A stretch of DNA of 64,000 nt, taken from contig JAULAX010000017.1 in assembly GCA_032654565.1 (NCBI GenBank), positions 480,001-544,000 on the forward strand, in the 5' to 3' direction. Source of the stretch: Anaeromyxobacteraceae bacterium. Lineage in GTDB: Bacteria > Myxococcota > Myxococcia > Myxococcales > Anaeromyxobacteraceae. Numbering within the stretch: position 1 is the stretch's first letter; each line of letters opens with the position of its first letter. The notes beneath the pieces were generated by a model that worked only from the letters and a program-made list of their open reading frames with translations, ran no database searches and was not told where the DNA came from. The position numbers were made by a program, and so were the translations under genes. Shown here piece by piece: positions 34,715 to 46,575 of this stretch.

Positions 34715-35100
34715 GGCGCCTCCTCGGGGTGGTGCGAGAGCCCCACCCGGTTCCCCTCGGGATCGCGCAGGTAGAGCGTCCAGCGGGTCCGCTGCACCAC
34801 CTCGACGCCGGCGGCCGCCAGCCGCTGCTCCCAGGCGGCCCGCTGCCCGGGGTCGATGCGGAGCGCCACCAGGTGCAGGCCGGCGCGCCCCTCGCTCCAC
34901 GGCCGGTCCGGCGGCGCCTCGCCGGCCCGCTCCAGCGCCAGGAAGGTCCCCTCCCCCAGCCCCAGCCAGACGCTCCGTTCGCGCCCCTCCGCGTCCGCCC
35001 CCCGCCGCACCACCGGCAGCCCGAGCAGGTCGCGGTAGAACCGCTCGCACGATCCCAGGTCGGCGCACTGGATCGCCAGGTGGTGGAAGCCGCGGACCAT
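34711..35100 (-). CDS. VOC/glyoxalase-family protein
   Basis: FHHLAIQC, FYRDLLGL, YLRDPEGNRV. Its stop overlaps the glyoxalase II GTG start. Confidence 0.88.
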   Translation of the reverse strand: MVRGFHHLAIQCADLGSCERFYRDLLGLPVVRRGADAEGRERSVWLGLGEGTFLALERAGEAPPDRPWSEGRAGLHLVALRIDPGQRAAWEQRLAAAGVEVVQRTRWTLYLRDPEGNRVGLSHHPEEAP

Positions 35101-35172
35101 CCCGCGAGGGTAGCCCCACCATTCCGGGCGCGCCACCCGGGACGCCTGATGGGCGCGTGCTACCATCCCGGC

Positions 35173-36495
35173 GTGGCGGCACCGCTCGCTGGAAAACGGC
35201 TGTTGATCGTCGTCGAGGACTCCGCCCTGGCCGAGCTGCTGGCCGAGGCGTCGAGCCGTCTGGGAGCCGAGGTCGAGGTGGCCACCACCGGCCGCGCCGC
35301 CCTGGCGGCGCTCCATCGGCCGCCCCTGCCCCAGGTCGCCATCATCGACCTGCCGCTGGCCGACGTCCGGGGCCGCGAGGTGATCGGCGCCATGCGCGAC
35401 GCCGGGGTGCCGGTGATCGGCCTCTCCGGGGTCTTCCGCGGACCGCAGGCGGCCGGCGAGGTGCTGCGGCTCGGGGCCGCCGACTTCTTCGAGAAGCCGT
35501 TCCCGGTGCTGGCGCTGATGGCGCGCGCGGCCCGGCTGATGGGGGCGGCGCTGCCGGGCCTGGAGGAGCCGGAGGACGAGGTCACCGGCGCCATCCCGCT
35601 CGGCCCGGCCCTGGCGGCCGGCCAGCCCATCCCCGACGACCCCTTCCTGGCCATGGCCCTGCAGGGCGATCCCGAGGCCCCGCCCTCCTCGCCAATCCCC
35701 TCCCTGGCCGCGCCGCTCCCCAGCACCTCGCCGTCGACGCCCCCCGCGCCCCGGGCCGCCGCCCCGGCCCGCCAGGGCGACCTGGCCCGGGCCGGCGTAC
35801 CGCGCCTGCTGGTGGCGCTGCACCAGGCCCAGGCCACCGGCGCCCTCACCCTCACCCGCGGCGCGGTGAAGAAGATCGTCCTGGTGGAGAAGGGGGCCCC
35901 GGTCTACGCCGCCTCCAACGTCGGCGGCGAGCGGTTCGGCGCCATCTGCGTGCGGCGCGGGCTGGTCACCGCCGAGGCGCTGGACCAGCTGCGCCGGGCC
36001 GGGCCGGGGGAGCGGAACGGCGACCTGCTGGAGAAGGCCGGCCGGCTGACGCGCCGCAGCCGCCTCGAGCTGGTGTCCGCCCAGGTGCGGGCCATCGCCT
36101 GGTCGACCTTCGAGTGGAGCGAGGGGACCTACGCCTTCCAGCTGGCCCGGCCGCCCCCCGGGATCTTCCCCCTCGGGCTCTCCATGGCCGACCTGCTGCT
36201 GGAGGGGATGGTGCGGGCCTCCACCCTCCCCCGCCTGGTCACCGACCTGCCCGCCGACCTGCACCTGGCGCCGGCGCCGGAGCCCGGCTTCGAGCTCTAC
36301 GCGCTCGGGCTCCGCCCCGCCGAGGCCCACCTGCTCTCCCTGTGCGACGGGACCAAGAGCGTCCTCGACCTGGCGGCCCTCTCCCGCCTCCCGGAGCGCG
36401 AGTCGCTCGCCTTCTTGCAGGCCCTGCGGGTGATGCGGGTGCTCGACGACGTGGCGCGGGTCATGTCCGGCACCGCCCGCATCGGCTTCATGTAG
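35173..36495 (+). CDS. Response regulator with receiver and DUF4388-like domains
   Basis: Receiver LLIVVED...IIDLPL...FEKPF, Pro-rich linker, then GDLARAGVPRLLVALHQAQATGALTL...FEWSEGTYAF. Confidence 0.8.
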   Translation: MAAPLAGKRLLIVVEDSALAELLAEASSRLGAEVEVATTGRAALAALHRPPLPQVAIIDLPLADVRGREVIGAMRDAGVPVIGLSGVFRGPQAAGEVLRLGAADFFEKPFPVLALMARAARLMGAALPGLEEPEDEVTGAIPLGPALAAGQPIPDDPFLAMALQGDPEAPPSSPIPSLAAPLPSTSPSTPPAPRAAAPARQGDLARAGVPRLLVALHQAQATGALTLTRGAVKKIVLVEKGAPVYAASNVGGERFGAICVRRGLVTAEALDQLRRAGPGERNGDLLEKAGRLTRRSRLELVSAQVRAIAWSTFEWSEGTYAFQLARPPPGIFPLGLSMADLLLEGMVRASTLPRLVTDLPADLHLAPAPEPGFELYALGLRPAEAHLLSLCDGTKSVLDLAALSRLPERESLAFLQALRVMRVLDDVARVMSGTARIGFM

Positions 36496-36571
36496 GGCTC
36501 CGGCCGGGGCCGGCTTGCGGTTTCGGGGTCCGGGCGGCTATACAGGCCGCCCTCAGAGGACCCAGAAGCCC

Positions 36572-38419
<1,848 letters not shown>

Positions 38420-38511
38420 GCCGTCGAGGTGGCCGGCGCCACGCCCGGACCGTGGTGCCTGCTGGAGCACTCCTCTATGCTCTGCGCTCCCCGGCAACCC
38501 CGGAGCCTTGA

Positions 38512-39687
38512 ATGAGCCCGCAACCCCCGGCGGCGTCGGCCCCGAGCGACGACCAGTTCGACGTCTCGGTCGTCATCCCCTGCCTCGACGAGGTGAAGAC
38601 CCTCGGGGCGGTGGTCCAGAAGGCCCGCGCCGCCTTCGATCGGCTGCGGATCCGGGGGGAGGTGGTGGTGGCCGACAACGGCTCCACCGACGGCTCCATC
38701 GAGCTGGCCGAGCGACTCGGGGCCCGGGTGGTCCGGGCGGCGGCGCGCGGATATGGCAATGCCTTGCGCAGCGGCATGGCTGCCGCCGAAGGGCGCCTGC
38801 TCATCATGGGCGACGCCGACGACACCTACGACTTCGGCGAGATGGACCGGTTCATCGAGCAGCACCGGGCCGGCGCCGACTTCGTGATGGGGACCCGGCT
38901 GCCGCCCGGCACCATCCTCCCCGGCGCCAACCCCTGGCTCAACCGCAACCTGGGGACCCCGGTCCTCACCTTCGTGCTCAACCGCCTCTTCGGGACCCGC
39001 ATCCGCGACGTCAACTGCGGGTTGAGGGCCATCGACCGGGAGAAGTTCCGCGACCTGAGGCTGGTGAGCGAGGGGATGGAGTTCGCCTCGGAGATGCTGA
39101 TCAAGGCAGCGGTGCACGACCTGCGCGTCGCCGAGGTGCCGGTCACGCTCCACCCCGACCGGCGCGGCCGGCCACCGCACCTGCGACGGTGGCGCGACGG
39201 CTGGCGCCACCTCGAGTTCATGCTGCTTCACGCCCCGGACCAGCTGCTCTTCATGCCCGGCGTGGCGCTGCTGGCGCTCGGCCTGCTGGCAGCGGTGCCG
39301 GTCAGCGCCGGGCCGGCGCACTACTTCGGCCGGGTCTTCGACTTCCACTTCCTCTTCCTCGGCGGCTCGATGGCGCTGATCGGGCTGCAGGGCATCCTCG
39401 GCGCCATGCTGGTGCGCGACGTGGCCCGCGGCCGGGTGCTCCGGCCCAACCGGCTGCTCTCGGCCATGGCCGATGGGCTGACGCTCCGGCTCGGCCTGCT
39501 CATCGGCGCCGCGATCTTCACCGCCGGCCTGCTGGCCGACGTGCTGGTGCTGGTGAGCTGGATCCGGGAGGGGTTCGGCGCCCTCAACGAGCCGCGCCGC
39601 AGCATCATCGGCCTGCTGCTGATGACCATCGGCGCCGAGGTGGGGCTTTTCTCGTTCCTGCACGCGGCGCTGCGCAAGCACGCCTGA
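38512..39687 (+). CDS. GT2 glycosyltransferase with C-terminal TM helices (polyprenol-phosphate glycosyltransferase-like)
   Basis: VVIPCLDE, DNGSTDGS, MGDADDTYD, GMEFASEM, LRRWRDGWRHL, then 4 hydrophobic segments. Confidence 0.88.
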   Translation: MSPQPPAASAPSDDQFDVSVVIPCLDEVKTLGAVVQKARAAFDRLRIRGEVVVADNGSTDGSIELAERLGARVVRAAARGYGNALRSGMAAAEGRLLIMGDADDTYDFGEMDRFIEQHRAGADFVMGTRLPPGTILPGANPWLNRNLGTPVLTFVLNRLFGTRIRDVNCGLRAIDREKFRDLRLVSEGMEFASEMLIKAAVHDLRVAEVPVTLHPDRRGRPPHLRRWRDGWRHLEFMLLHAPDQLLFMPGVALLALGLLAAVPVSAGPAHYFGRVFDFHFLFLGGSMALIGLQGILGAMLVRDVARGRVLRPNRLLSAMADGLTLRLGLLIGAAIFTAGLLADVLVLVSWIREGFGALNEPRRSIIGLLLMTIGAEVGLFSFLHAALRKHA

Positions 39688-39725
39688 GGTGCCACCCGCC
39701 GGGTCGGCTCCCGGCGGCCTCCGGC

Positions 39726-40349
39726 TCAGGAGCGCCGGGCGAAGAGCGCCAGGTTGTTGCGCCAGGGCCCAACGCGCGTCTCCTGCACCATCGGTCCAAA
39801 GGCCTCCCGTAGCGCCTCCCGAAGCTCGGCCGCCGTGAGGTAGGCGATCCGATCCTGGGTGATGAACCGATCTGAGAACCAGGCCACGGCGTGGATGGGG
39901 GTGGCGAGTCGCTCCCAGTCCTTGAGCACCAGCGTGCCTCCCGGGGCCACGCAGCGCCCGCAGGCCCGGAGGAAAGCGGCCCGCGCTGCGGGTGGCACGT
40001 GGTGAAGCACGTCGCAGACGATGACCAGGTCGAAGGCGGCGGGCTGCTCGGCGGCCACCTCCTCCACCGGCTGCAGGGCGAAGACCACCCCGTCGCGGCG
40101 TCCCCGGTAGAGCCGTCCCACCCTCGGCGTGAGATCGATGCCGTGGAACTCGGCCTCCGGAAAGACCCGGGCCAGCGCCTCGGTGAACTGCCCCTCCCCG
40201 GCCCCGACCTCGAGCACCCGCCGCGGCGAGACCTCGCGGGCCACCGCCGCCGCCAGCGCCTCCACGTCGAGGAAGAAGCTGCGGTAGGCACGGGCCACGG
40301 CCGGCTCGGCGGGTCCGAACAGCGAGCGGACGAGGCTGCCGATCGACAT
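39726..40349 (-). CDS. Class I SAM-dependent methyltransferase
   Basis: VLEVGAGEG, FDLVIVCDVLHH. Confidence 0.85.
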   Translation of the reverse strand: MSIGSLVRSLFGPAEPAVARAYRSFFLDVEALAAAVAREVSPRRVLEVGAGEGQFTEALARVFPEAEFHGIDLTPRVGRLYRGRRDGVVFALQPVEEVAAEQPAAFDLVIVCDVLHHVPPAARAAFLRACGRCVAPGGTLVLKDWERLATPIHAVAWFSDRFITQDRIAYLTAAELREALREAFGPMVQETRVGPWRNNLALFARRS

Positions 40350-40450
40350 GGTGCCGAGGCTACCACGCCGTGCCGCGGCCCCTCTCCATCGGCCCGCACT
40401 TCGGCGGAAGCGCTTGGGACCCCCGCGGCGTGACGCTAGGATGCGCGCCG

Positions 40451-41419
40451 ATGCCAGCCCTCCTCTCGGTGGTGATGCCCACCCACAACGGCGAGCGGTA
40501 TGTGGCCGCCGCGATCGGGAGCCTGCTGGAGCAGCGCGACGACGGCCTGGAGCTGGTGGTGGTCGACGACGGCTCCAGCGACGGCACCGTCGAGCTGGTT
40601 GAGCGGCTCACCCGCGGGACCCCGACCCGCCTGCTGCGACCGGGCCGGCTCGGCAGCTGGGTGGCGGCCAGCAACCTCGGGCTGCGTGAGGCCCGAGGCG
40701 AGTGGGCCTGCTTCCTCCACCAGGACGATCTCTGGCTCCCCGGCCGGCTGGCGCGGCTTCGATCCGAGCTGCCGCGAGCGCCGGGGGCGCTGCTGCTCCA
40801 CCACGCCCGCTACGTCGATCCGGTCGGCGCCCCGCTGGGCGACTGGCGCTGCCCGCTCCGGGCCGGCGACCTCAGTCCCGACGACGTCCTCGAGCGACTG
40901 CTGGTCCAGAACTTCGTCGCCATGCCCTCGCCCGCTTTCCGCCGGGCCGCCGCCCTGGAGCAGGGTGGGCTCGACGAGCGGCTCTGGTTCAGCGCCGACT
41001 GGGACCTCTGGCTGCGCCTCGCCGCCGCCGGGCCGGTCCGGGTCCTCGACGAGACACTGGCCTCCTTCCGGCTCCACCCGGAGTCCCAGACGGCGGCGCG
41101 CCCGGTCGCGGCTGGGGAGTGGGCCGCCCAGCTCGGCGCGGTGCTGGACCGGCACCTGGCCGCCTGGCGGGCCACGGGCGCCAGGCGGCGGAGGGTCGAG
41201 AGCGCTGCCCGGGCCTCCGTGGCCGTCAACGCCTCGCTGGCCGCCAGGGCCCGTGGAGCCCCGGCCCACTTCGGCCCGCTGCTCTGGCAGCTGGCGGCGC
41301 TCGGCCCCGCCGGCTGGCACCGCTACCTGCGCGACTCCCGCCTCGTCGAGCGGGTTGGAGCCCGGCTCAGGCTGCGCCGCAGGCTCGCCGCCTCCTCACG
41401 CCCCACCCCGAGGAGCTGA
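40451..41419 (+). CDS. GT2 glycosyltransferase
   Basis: SVVMPTHNG, VDDGSSDGT, FLHQDD, ADWDLWLRL. Confidence 0.88.
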   Translation: MPALLSVVMPTHNGERYVAAAIGSLLEQRDDGLELVVVDDGSSDGTVELVERLTRGTPTRLLRPGRLGSWVAASNLGLREARGEWACFLHQDDLWLPGRLARLRSELPRAPGALLLHHARYVDPVGAPLGDWRCPLRAGDLSPDDVLERLLVQNFVAMPSPAFRRAAALEQGGLDERLWFSADWDLWLRLAAAGPVRVLDETLASFRLHPESQTAARPVAAGEWAAQLGAVLDRHLAAWRATGARRRRVESAARASVAVNASLAARARGAPAHFGPLLWQLAALGPAGWHRYLRDSRLVERVGARLRLRRRLAASSRPTPRS

Positions 41420-41420
41420 C

Positions 41421-42404
41421 GTGGACCTCCTCCCCGAAGCGATCGCCTGCCCGCTCTGCCAGGGCCCCGCGCCGGTCCTCAACCCGGCCCACCCCGGGTA
41501 CCAGGCCGGAGAGACCTGGCGCGTGGCCGAGTGCGGCCGCTGCGACGTCCAGTTCGCGGCGCCGCTCAGGCCGGGCGAGGCCATCTACGATCGCATCTAC
41601 CAGCACGCCAGGACGCTCCCGGGATACTCCCGCTACGCCTGGTACGCCTCGCAGGTCGCCGCGCAGCCCCGACCGCTGGAGTGGCTGGCCGCCCAGGAGG
41701 AGATGTATGCCTTCATCGCCGCCGAGCTGGCGCTCCGCGGACCGGACCGGACCGGCCGGGTGCTGGAGGTCGGCAGCGGGTTCGGCTACCTCACCTTCGC
41801 GCTGCACGCCGCCGGCTACCAGGTGCGGGGACTGGAGCTCTCCTCCCGGGCGGTGGAGGCGGCCCGGGACCGCTTCGGCGATCTCTACGCCGTGCACGAC
41901 ATCAGCCGCGCCGATCCGGGCGTCGATGGCGCCGACGTGGTGGTCATGACCGAGGTGCTGGAGCACGTCACCGATCCCGCGGCCCTGATCGCCTCCCTCG
42001 CCCGGCTGCTCCGGCCCGGCGGCACCGCGCTCGTCACCACCCCCAACAAGTCGGCGGCGCCGCGGAATGCCTACTGGCTCACCGACAACCCGCCGGTCCA
42101 CCTCTGGTGGTTCTCCGAGACCACCCTCCGCCAGCTCGGCGCCAGGGCTGGACTGCAGGTCTCCTTCGGGGTCACGGCGCCGAGATCGGTGCGCCCCGCC
42201 CTTCCCTCCTACTTCGACGCCGCCGGTCGCCAAATCCATCCTTCGCCGCTGGTCCGTTCCCTCCTGCTCCGCTTCCCCTCCGTGCTCCATCACGTCGCGG
42301 CGCTGCTCAGGACCCGTCGCCAGCGGCGGACCGCCCGGGCCGGGGCCTCCGAGCGCCACGGCTCGATGTGCGTGGTGCTGCGCAAGCCAGGAGGTGATGC
42401 GTGA
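41421..42404 (+). CDS. Class I SAM-dependent methyltransferase with an N-terminal Zn-ribbon
   Basis: CPLC...CGRC, VLEVGSGFG, EVLEHV, TTPN. SD GAGGAG precedes GTG 41421. Confidence 0.85.
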   Translation: MDLLPEAIACPLCQGPAPVLNPAHPGYQAGETWRVAECGRCDVQFAAPLRPGEAIYDRIYQHARTLPGYSRYAWYASQVAAQPRPLEWLAAQEEMYAFIAAELALRGPDRTGRVLEVGSGFGYLTFALHAAGYQVRGLELSSRAVEAARDRFGDLYAVHDISRADPGVDGADVVVMTEVLEHVTDPAALIASLARLLRPGGTALVTTPNKSAAPRNAYWLTDNPPVHLWWFSETTLRQLGARAGLQVSFGVTAPRSVRPALPSYFDAAGRQIHPSPLVRSLLLRFPSVLHHVAALLRTRRQRRTARAGASERHGSMCVVLRKPGGDA

Positions 42405-43774
42405 GCCGGGCCAGGAAGACCGTCGAAGACAACCACGGCGGCGCCGGAGGAGAGCTGACCGCGCCCTTCTGGACGAGGCCGCGCCAGGCCTGCGCGGTGA
42501 TCGCCCTGCTCGGGACGGCGCTGGCGGTGGCGACCTACTGGCCCGGCTACATGAGCGAGGACTCCTTCATCCAGCTCGGGCAGGCCCGCTCCGGCGACTA
42601 CACGGCGCACCACCCGCCACTCATGGCGCTCTTCTGGAAGCCGCTCGACGCCATCCTGCCGGGCCCAGGCCTGCTGCTGGTCCTGCAGGCGGCGCTGGCC
42701 TGGAGCGGCGCCGCCCTGTTCATGTCGCTGGCATTCCGCGGCTGGGGCGGGCCGGTGGCGCTGCTGGCCTTCTGTCTCTGGCCCACCGTCTTCTCCTACC
42801 TCGGCACCATGTGGAAGGACGTCCAGCTCGGCGTCGCGCTGCTCTGGGGCTGCGCCCTCACGCTGGGCGCGGAGAGGCTCGGATGGCGCCGCGCCCTCTG
42901 GATTGCCCCCGCCGCGTTCTTCTACGGCGCGGCCGTCCGCCTCAACGGGCTCACCGCCATCCTCCCGCTGACCGCCTGGTGGGGATGGGTCCTGGCCGGG
43001 CAGCTCGGCCGGCGCCGTCGGCTCCTGTTCGGCGTCCTGGCGGGCCTGGCGCTCACCATCGGGATCTGGGCAGGCATCAAGGGGGTCAACGGCTGGCTCA
43101 CCCGGGACCACCCCATCCCCCCGCCCGAGCAGGCCCTCTACATCCATGATCTCGTCGGGCTGACCGGAGCCACCGGCCAGGTGCTGGTTCCGGACTACGT
43201 CTTGCGCCAGCCGGAGGCCCGTTCGATCCGGTGGCTCCTCAAGCTCTGGTACCCGCACAGCCTGGTGCCGATCTTCTTCGACCCCGGCAACCTCAGGCTC
43301 TCCAGCGACCCGGAGCAGCTGGCCACGCTGCGGAGCGCCTGGCTGCGCGCCGTGAGCGACAACCCCGGCATCTACTTCCGCCACCGCATGATCATGTTCG
43401 AGTACCTGCTCGGCGCCAACACGCCGCTGGTCCACTACCCGTTCCACGACGGGATGGTGAAGAACGACCTCGGCTTCACCTTCCAGCGCTCCGCGCTCAA
43501 CCAGGCGGTGATGGCCAGGCTCCATGCCGTCCAGGACTCGCTCTTCTTCCGGGGGTGGGCCTACCTGGTCGTGGTCACCGCGCTCGGGGCCCTGGGGCTG
43601 CTGCTGCGCCGGCTCGATGCCGCCGGAGTCGCGCTCTGCGCCAGCGCCCTGGCCTACGCCCTGCCCTACATCCCGACCTGCCCGGCCGGCGACTTCCGCT
43701 ACCTCTGGTGGACGGTGCTGGCCACGCTGCTGACGGCCGCGACCTTGATGGCGGCCCGGGGCCACCCGCAATAG
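42401..43774 (+). CDS. Polytopic membrane protein, GT-C-type glycosyltransferase-like
   Basis: TM1 followed by YWPGYMSEDS...HHPP, WKDV, many TM segments, a periplasmic loop and C-terminal DFRY. Confidence 0.6.
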   Translation: MSRARKTVEDNHGGAGGELTAPFWTRPRQACAVIALLGTALAVATYWPGYMSEDSFIQLGQARSGDYTAHHPPLMALFWKPLDAILPGPGLLLVLQAALAWSGAALFMSLAFRGWGGPVALLAFCLWPTVFSYLGTMWKDVQLGVALLWGCALTLGAERLGWRRALWIAPAAFFYGAAVRLNGLTAILPLTAWWGWVLAGQLGRRRRLLFGVLAGLALTIGIWAGIKGVNGWLTRDHPIPPPEQALYIHDLVGLTGATGQVLVPDYVLRQPEARSIRWLLKLWYPHSLVPIFFDPGNLRLSSDPEQLATLRSAWLRAVSDNPGIYFRHRMIMFEYLLGANTPLVHYPFHDGMVKNDLGFTFQRSALNQAVMARLHAVQDSLFFRGWAYLVVVTALGALGLLLRRLDAAGVALCASALAYALPYIPTCPAGDFRYLWWTVLATLLTAATLMAARGHPQ

Positions 43775-43819
43775 GCGCCGGGCGGCGTCCAGATGGGGAA
43801 CGCTCCGGCAGGGCCGCCC

Positions 43820-44188
43820 TCACCCGCCCCGCACCACCAGCCAGACGCCCGCGGCGATCACCAGCGTCCCGGCGATCCGCTGCGGGCCGATGGGCTCCCC
43901 CAGGATCAGCGCCGAGGAGATCATCACCAGGACGATGCCGATGCCGGCCAGCGGCGTGGCGTAGGAGAGCTCGGCGCGGGAGAGGACCACGAACCAGGAG
44001 AGCGTCCCCAGTCCGGTGATGGCGACTCCCAGCCAGAGCCAGCCGCTGCGCGCCGCCACGCCGATTGCCTCGATCCAGGTCGCCCCGGCCGGGATCAGGT
44101 TGATGGCCTTCTTCATCAGGGTCTGGCCGAGGGCCCCGAGCGCGGTCACCATCAGCGCCATGGGCAGTACGAAGGCAGGGTTGTTCAC
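43820..44188 (-). CDS. Small DMT/EamA-type (ArnE/ArnF-like) membrane protein
   Basis: 4 TM segments; GQTLMKKA, LSRAELSYATP, LGEPI. Confidence 0.8.
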   Translation of the reverse strand: MNNPAFVLPMALMVTALGALGQTLMKKAINLIPAGATWIEAIGVAARSGWLWLGVAITGLGTLSWFVVLSRAELSYATPLAGIGIVLVMISSALILGEPIGPQRIAGTLVIAAGVWLVVRGG

Positions 44189-44226
44189 GTGGCTTCCTCT
44201 CCGGCGGGGGCCTGCCGGCGCATGGG

Positions 44227-44937
44227 TCAGGCCTTCTCACCGAGCACGAAGACCCGGTCGCCCCGTCCCCAGGAGTTGGCCAGGAAGAGCGCGTAGAGCG
44301 CGTGGCACGCCAGCTTCCTGGCCGGCCCGTAGCGCCCGTAGCTGAGCGACTCCCCGCCGGATCCGGAGACCGCCGACCTGAAGATGGGCGAGTAGAACGG
44401 GAAGCCCCACTCGACCTCGCGGGCGATGCGAAGGCCGGCGTCGCGCATCATCCCGGCCAGCTGCCCGCGCCGGTAGTTCCGCAGGTGTCCGATCTCCCGC
44501 TCGCCCGGGCGCATGGTGCCCTGCACGGAGACGCAGAAGACCCAGCGGGCGCTGGCCCGCGCCAGCGCGGCCACCAGCTCGGCGTCCCGCTCCACGTGCT
44601 CGAGGACGTCGATGCAGGTGACCAGGTCGAATGGCCCGAGCCGGGCGGCCCCGGCGGCGTCGCCGACGTGGAACTCCCCGCCCGGGCAGCGCCCCCGGGC
44701 GCGCGCCACCGCCTCCGCCGAGACGTCGAGCCCGACGGCCCGCGCCGGGGCGTAGCGTCCCTGCAGGAAGGCGAGGTTGCTCCCCTCCCCGCAGCCGACG
44801 TCGAGCACCGATCCGATGGCCAACCCGTCGAGCATCCGGGCCATCACCCTCCGCTGGTGGCGGCTGGTGGGGCCGTAGCGCTGCATGTCTCCCCAGTCTC
44901 CCGACCAGAGCTCATCGTAGGGAGAGGCGGCATCCAT
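44227..44937 (-). CDS. Class I SAM-dependent methyltransferase
   Basis: VLDVGCGEG, FDLVTCIDVLEHV, GHLRNY. Confidence 0.85.
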   Translation of the reverse strand: MDAASPYDELWSGDWGDMQRYGPTSRHQRRVMARMLDGLAIGSVLDVGCGEGSNLAFLQGRYAPARAVGLDVSAEAVARARGRCPGGEFHVGDAAGAARLGPFDLVTCIDVLEHVERDAELVAALARASARWVFCVSVQGTMRPGEREIGHLRNYRRGQLAGMMRDAGLRIAREVEWGFPFYSPIFRSAVSGSGGESLSYGRYGPARKLACHALYALFLANSWGRGDRVFVLGEKA

Positions 44938-45034
44938 GGCGGGTCCTTACCATGGCCGGACGGAGCCGGAAGCGAAACGCGCCGGCCCCCTCTCGAGGAC
45001 CGGCGCGCCGGTGCAGCCTGGCCGCGAGGGAAGC

Positions 45035-45745
45035 CTAGACCTTCGGCTTGGAGCGCTCGCGGGTGACCTGCTTCTGCTTGGCGCGGGGCTGGCCCTTGGC
45101 GGCGGTGCCGACGAAGAGCAGGCCGTCGGCGTGGCCGGGGACCGCGCCGGTCACCAGCATGATGTTCTTGTCCGCCTCGATCCCCTCGACGAAGAGGTTC
45201 TGGACGGTCTGGATGTCGACGCCGTAGTGGCCGGGGAGGTGCTTGCCCTTCCAGACCTTGCCGGGCGTCTTGCGCTGTCCGATGGCGCCCGGGTGGCGGT
45301 GGTGCTCGTGGGCGGTGGAGGAGTCGCGGGCGGCGCCCTTCATCCCCCAGCGCTTGAAGACGCCGGCGAAGCCGCGCCCCTTGGTGACGCCGGTGACGTC
45401 GACCCGCTGGTCGAGCTTGAAGACCTTGTCGACGGTGAGCACGTCGCCGGCCTTGAGCTCGCCGAGCAGCTTGACGTCCTTGACCCGCACCTCCTGGAGG
45501 TGGCGGAACAGGCCGGTGCCGGCCTTCTTGAAGACGCCGATCTCACCCTTGGAGAGCCGGTGGGAGTGCTTCTCGTCGATGGCCCCGAAGCCGAGGACGA
45601 CGGCGTCGTAGCCGTCCTTCTCCTTCGACTTGCGCCGGATGACCGTGCAGGGACCGACCTCGAGGACCGTGACCGCCTTGCAGTCGCCCTCGGCGGTGAA
45701 GATCTGCGTCATCCCCACCTTCTTCGCCAACAGACCCGTCGCCAT
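45035..45745 (-). CDS. rplC: 50S ribosomal protein L3 (stand-alone)
   Basis: KKVGMTQIF, DGYDAVVLG, VDVTGVTKGRGFAGVFKRW, PGKVWKGK, GAVPG. SD GAGGTG. Confidence 0.96.
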   Translation of the reverse strand: MATGLLAKKVGMTQIFTAEGDCKAVTVLEVGPCTVIRRKSKEKDGYDAVVLGFGAIDEKHSHRLSKGEIGVFKKAGTGLFRHLQEVRVKDVKLLGELKAGDVLTVDKVFKLDQRVDVTGVTKGRGFAGVFKRWGMKGAARDSSTAHEHHRHPGAIGQRKTPGKVWKGKHLPGHYGVDIQTVQNLFVEGIEADKNIMLVTGAVPGHADGLLFVGTAAKGQPRAKQKQVTRERSKPKV

Positions 45746-45816
45746 GTGTGCCACCTCGCATTGGTCCGCCGTGCGTCGCCATCGACCACGGAGGACGTGC
45801 CGTTGTAAGGGCGCGG

Positions 45817-45845
45817 GTTGTACGGGTTCCGCAAGGAGCTGTCAA
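45817..45845 (-). promoter_or_regulatory. sigma70-type promoter of rplC
   Basis: TTGACA-N17-TACAAC followed by the GC discriminator CCGCGCC. Confidence 0.7.
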
Positions 45846-46486
45846 GTGCCCGGAATGACGAGGAGGTAGCCCTCCCCACCGGCCGTCAGCCCCCCTCCGA
45901 GGACCTCCGCCACCCGCCTCGCCATCGGCAGCGAGAGCGCCCGGCCGGTCGGGTCGGAGAGCGCCCCCTTGACCGGGTCGTCGAGCCGCTCCACCGGCGC
46001 CCCCCGGATGAGCAGCCGGACCCCGCCGCCGGAGACCTCCCCGGTGATCCGGACCGGGGCCCCGCCGCGCCCCGCCACCGCCACCACCCCCTCCACGGCC
46101 CGCTCCAGCAGCACCCGGTCGCCGCGACAGGACAGGCCGGGCGGGAGCCGCACCTCGACCGCCGGCGCCGGCGAACCCCGCGCCAGCGCCGCCGCCACCA
46201 GGGAGGCGAGGTCCAGCGGCCCGAGCCGGAGCGGGTACCCGCCGGCGTCGAGCCGCTCGCAGAGCAGGTGGTCCTCCACCAGCACCTGGATCCGCTCCAG
46301 GGCCCGGGCGCCCAGCCCGGCCAGCTTGATCCCCCGGTCGCCGGCCCGCTCGTCGGGTCGGAGCCGGGTCATCAGCTCGGCGCTCCAGATGGCCGTGGAG
46401 AGCGGGTTGCGCAGCTCGTGGGCCACGAAGCCGAGGTGGCTGCCCCGATCGAGGGCGGCTGCCACCACCGGCCGTGACAGGGTCAC
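45842..46486 (-). CDS. Sensorless HisKA protein with a degenerate ATPase domain (start uncertain)
   Basis: H-box [10 protein letters not shown]1 and G2 boxes not recognisable ([24 protein letters not shown]). Confidence 0.7.
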   Translation of the reverse strand: MTLSRPVVAAALDRGSHLGFVAHELRNPLSTAIWSAELMTRLRPDERAGDRGIKLAGLGARALERIQVLVEDHLLCERLDAGGYPLRLGPLDLASLVAAALARGSPAPAVEVRLPPGLSCRGDRVLLERAVEGVVAVAGRGGAPVRITGEVSGGGVRLLIRGAPVERLDDPVKGALSDPTGRALSLPMARRVAEVLGGGLTAGGEGYLLVIPGT

Positions 46487-46575
46487 CCCGGGTGCTCCGC
46501 TGGCTGGCTTCCCGTCTTCGGACACGCGCCTTCTCCCCGCCGGGAGTGTACCCGCTCGGCCGCCCCGCCATGGAA

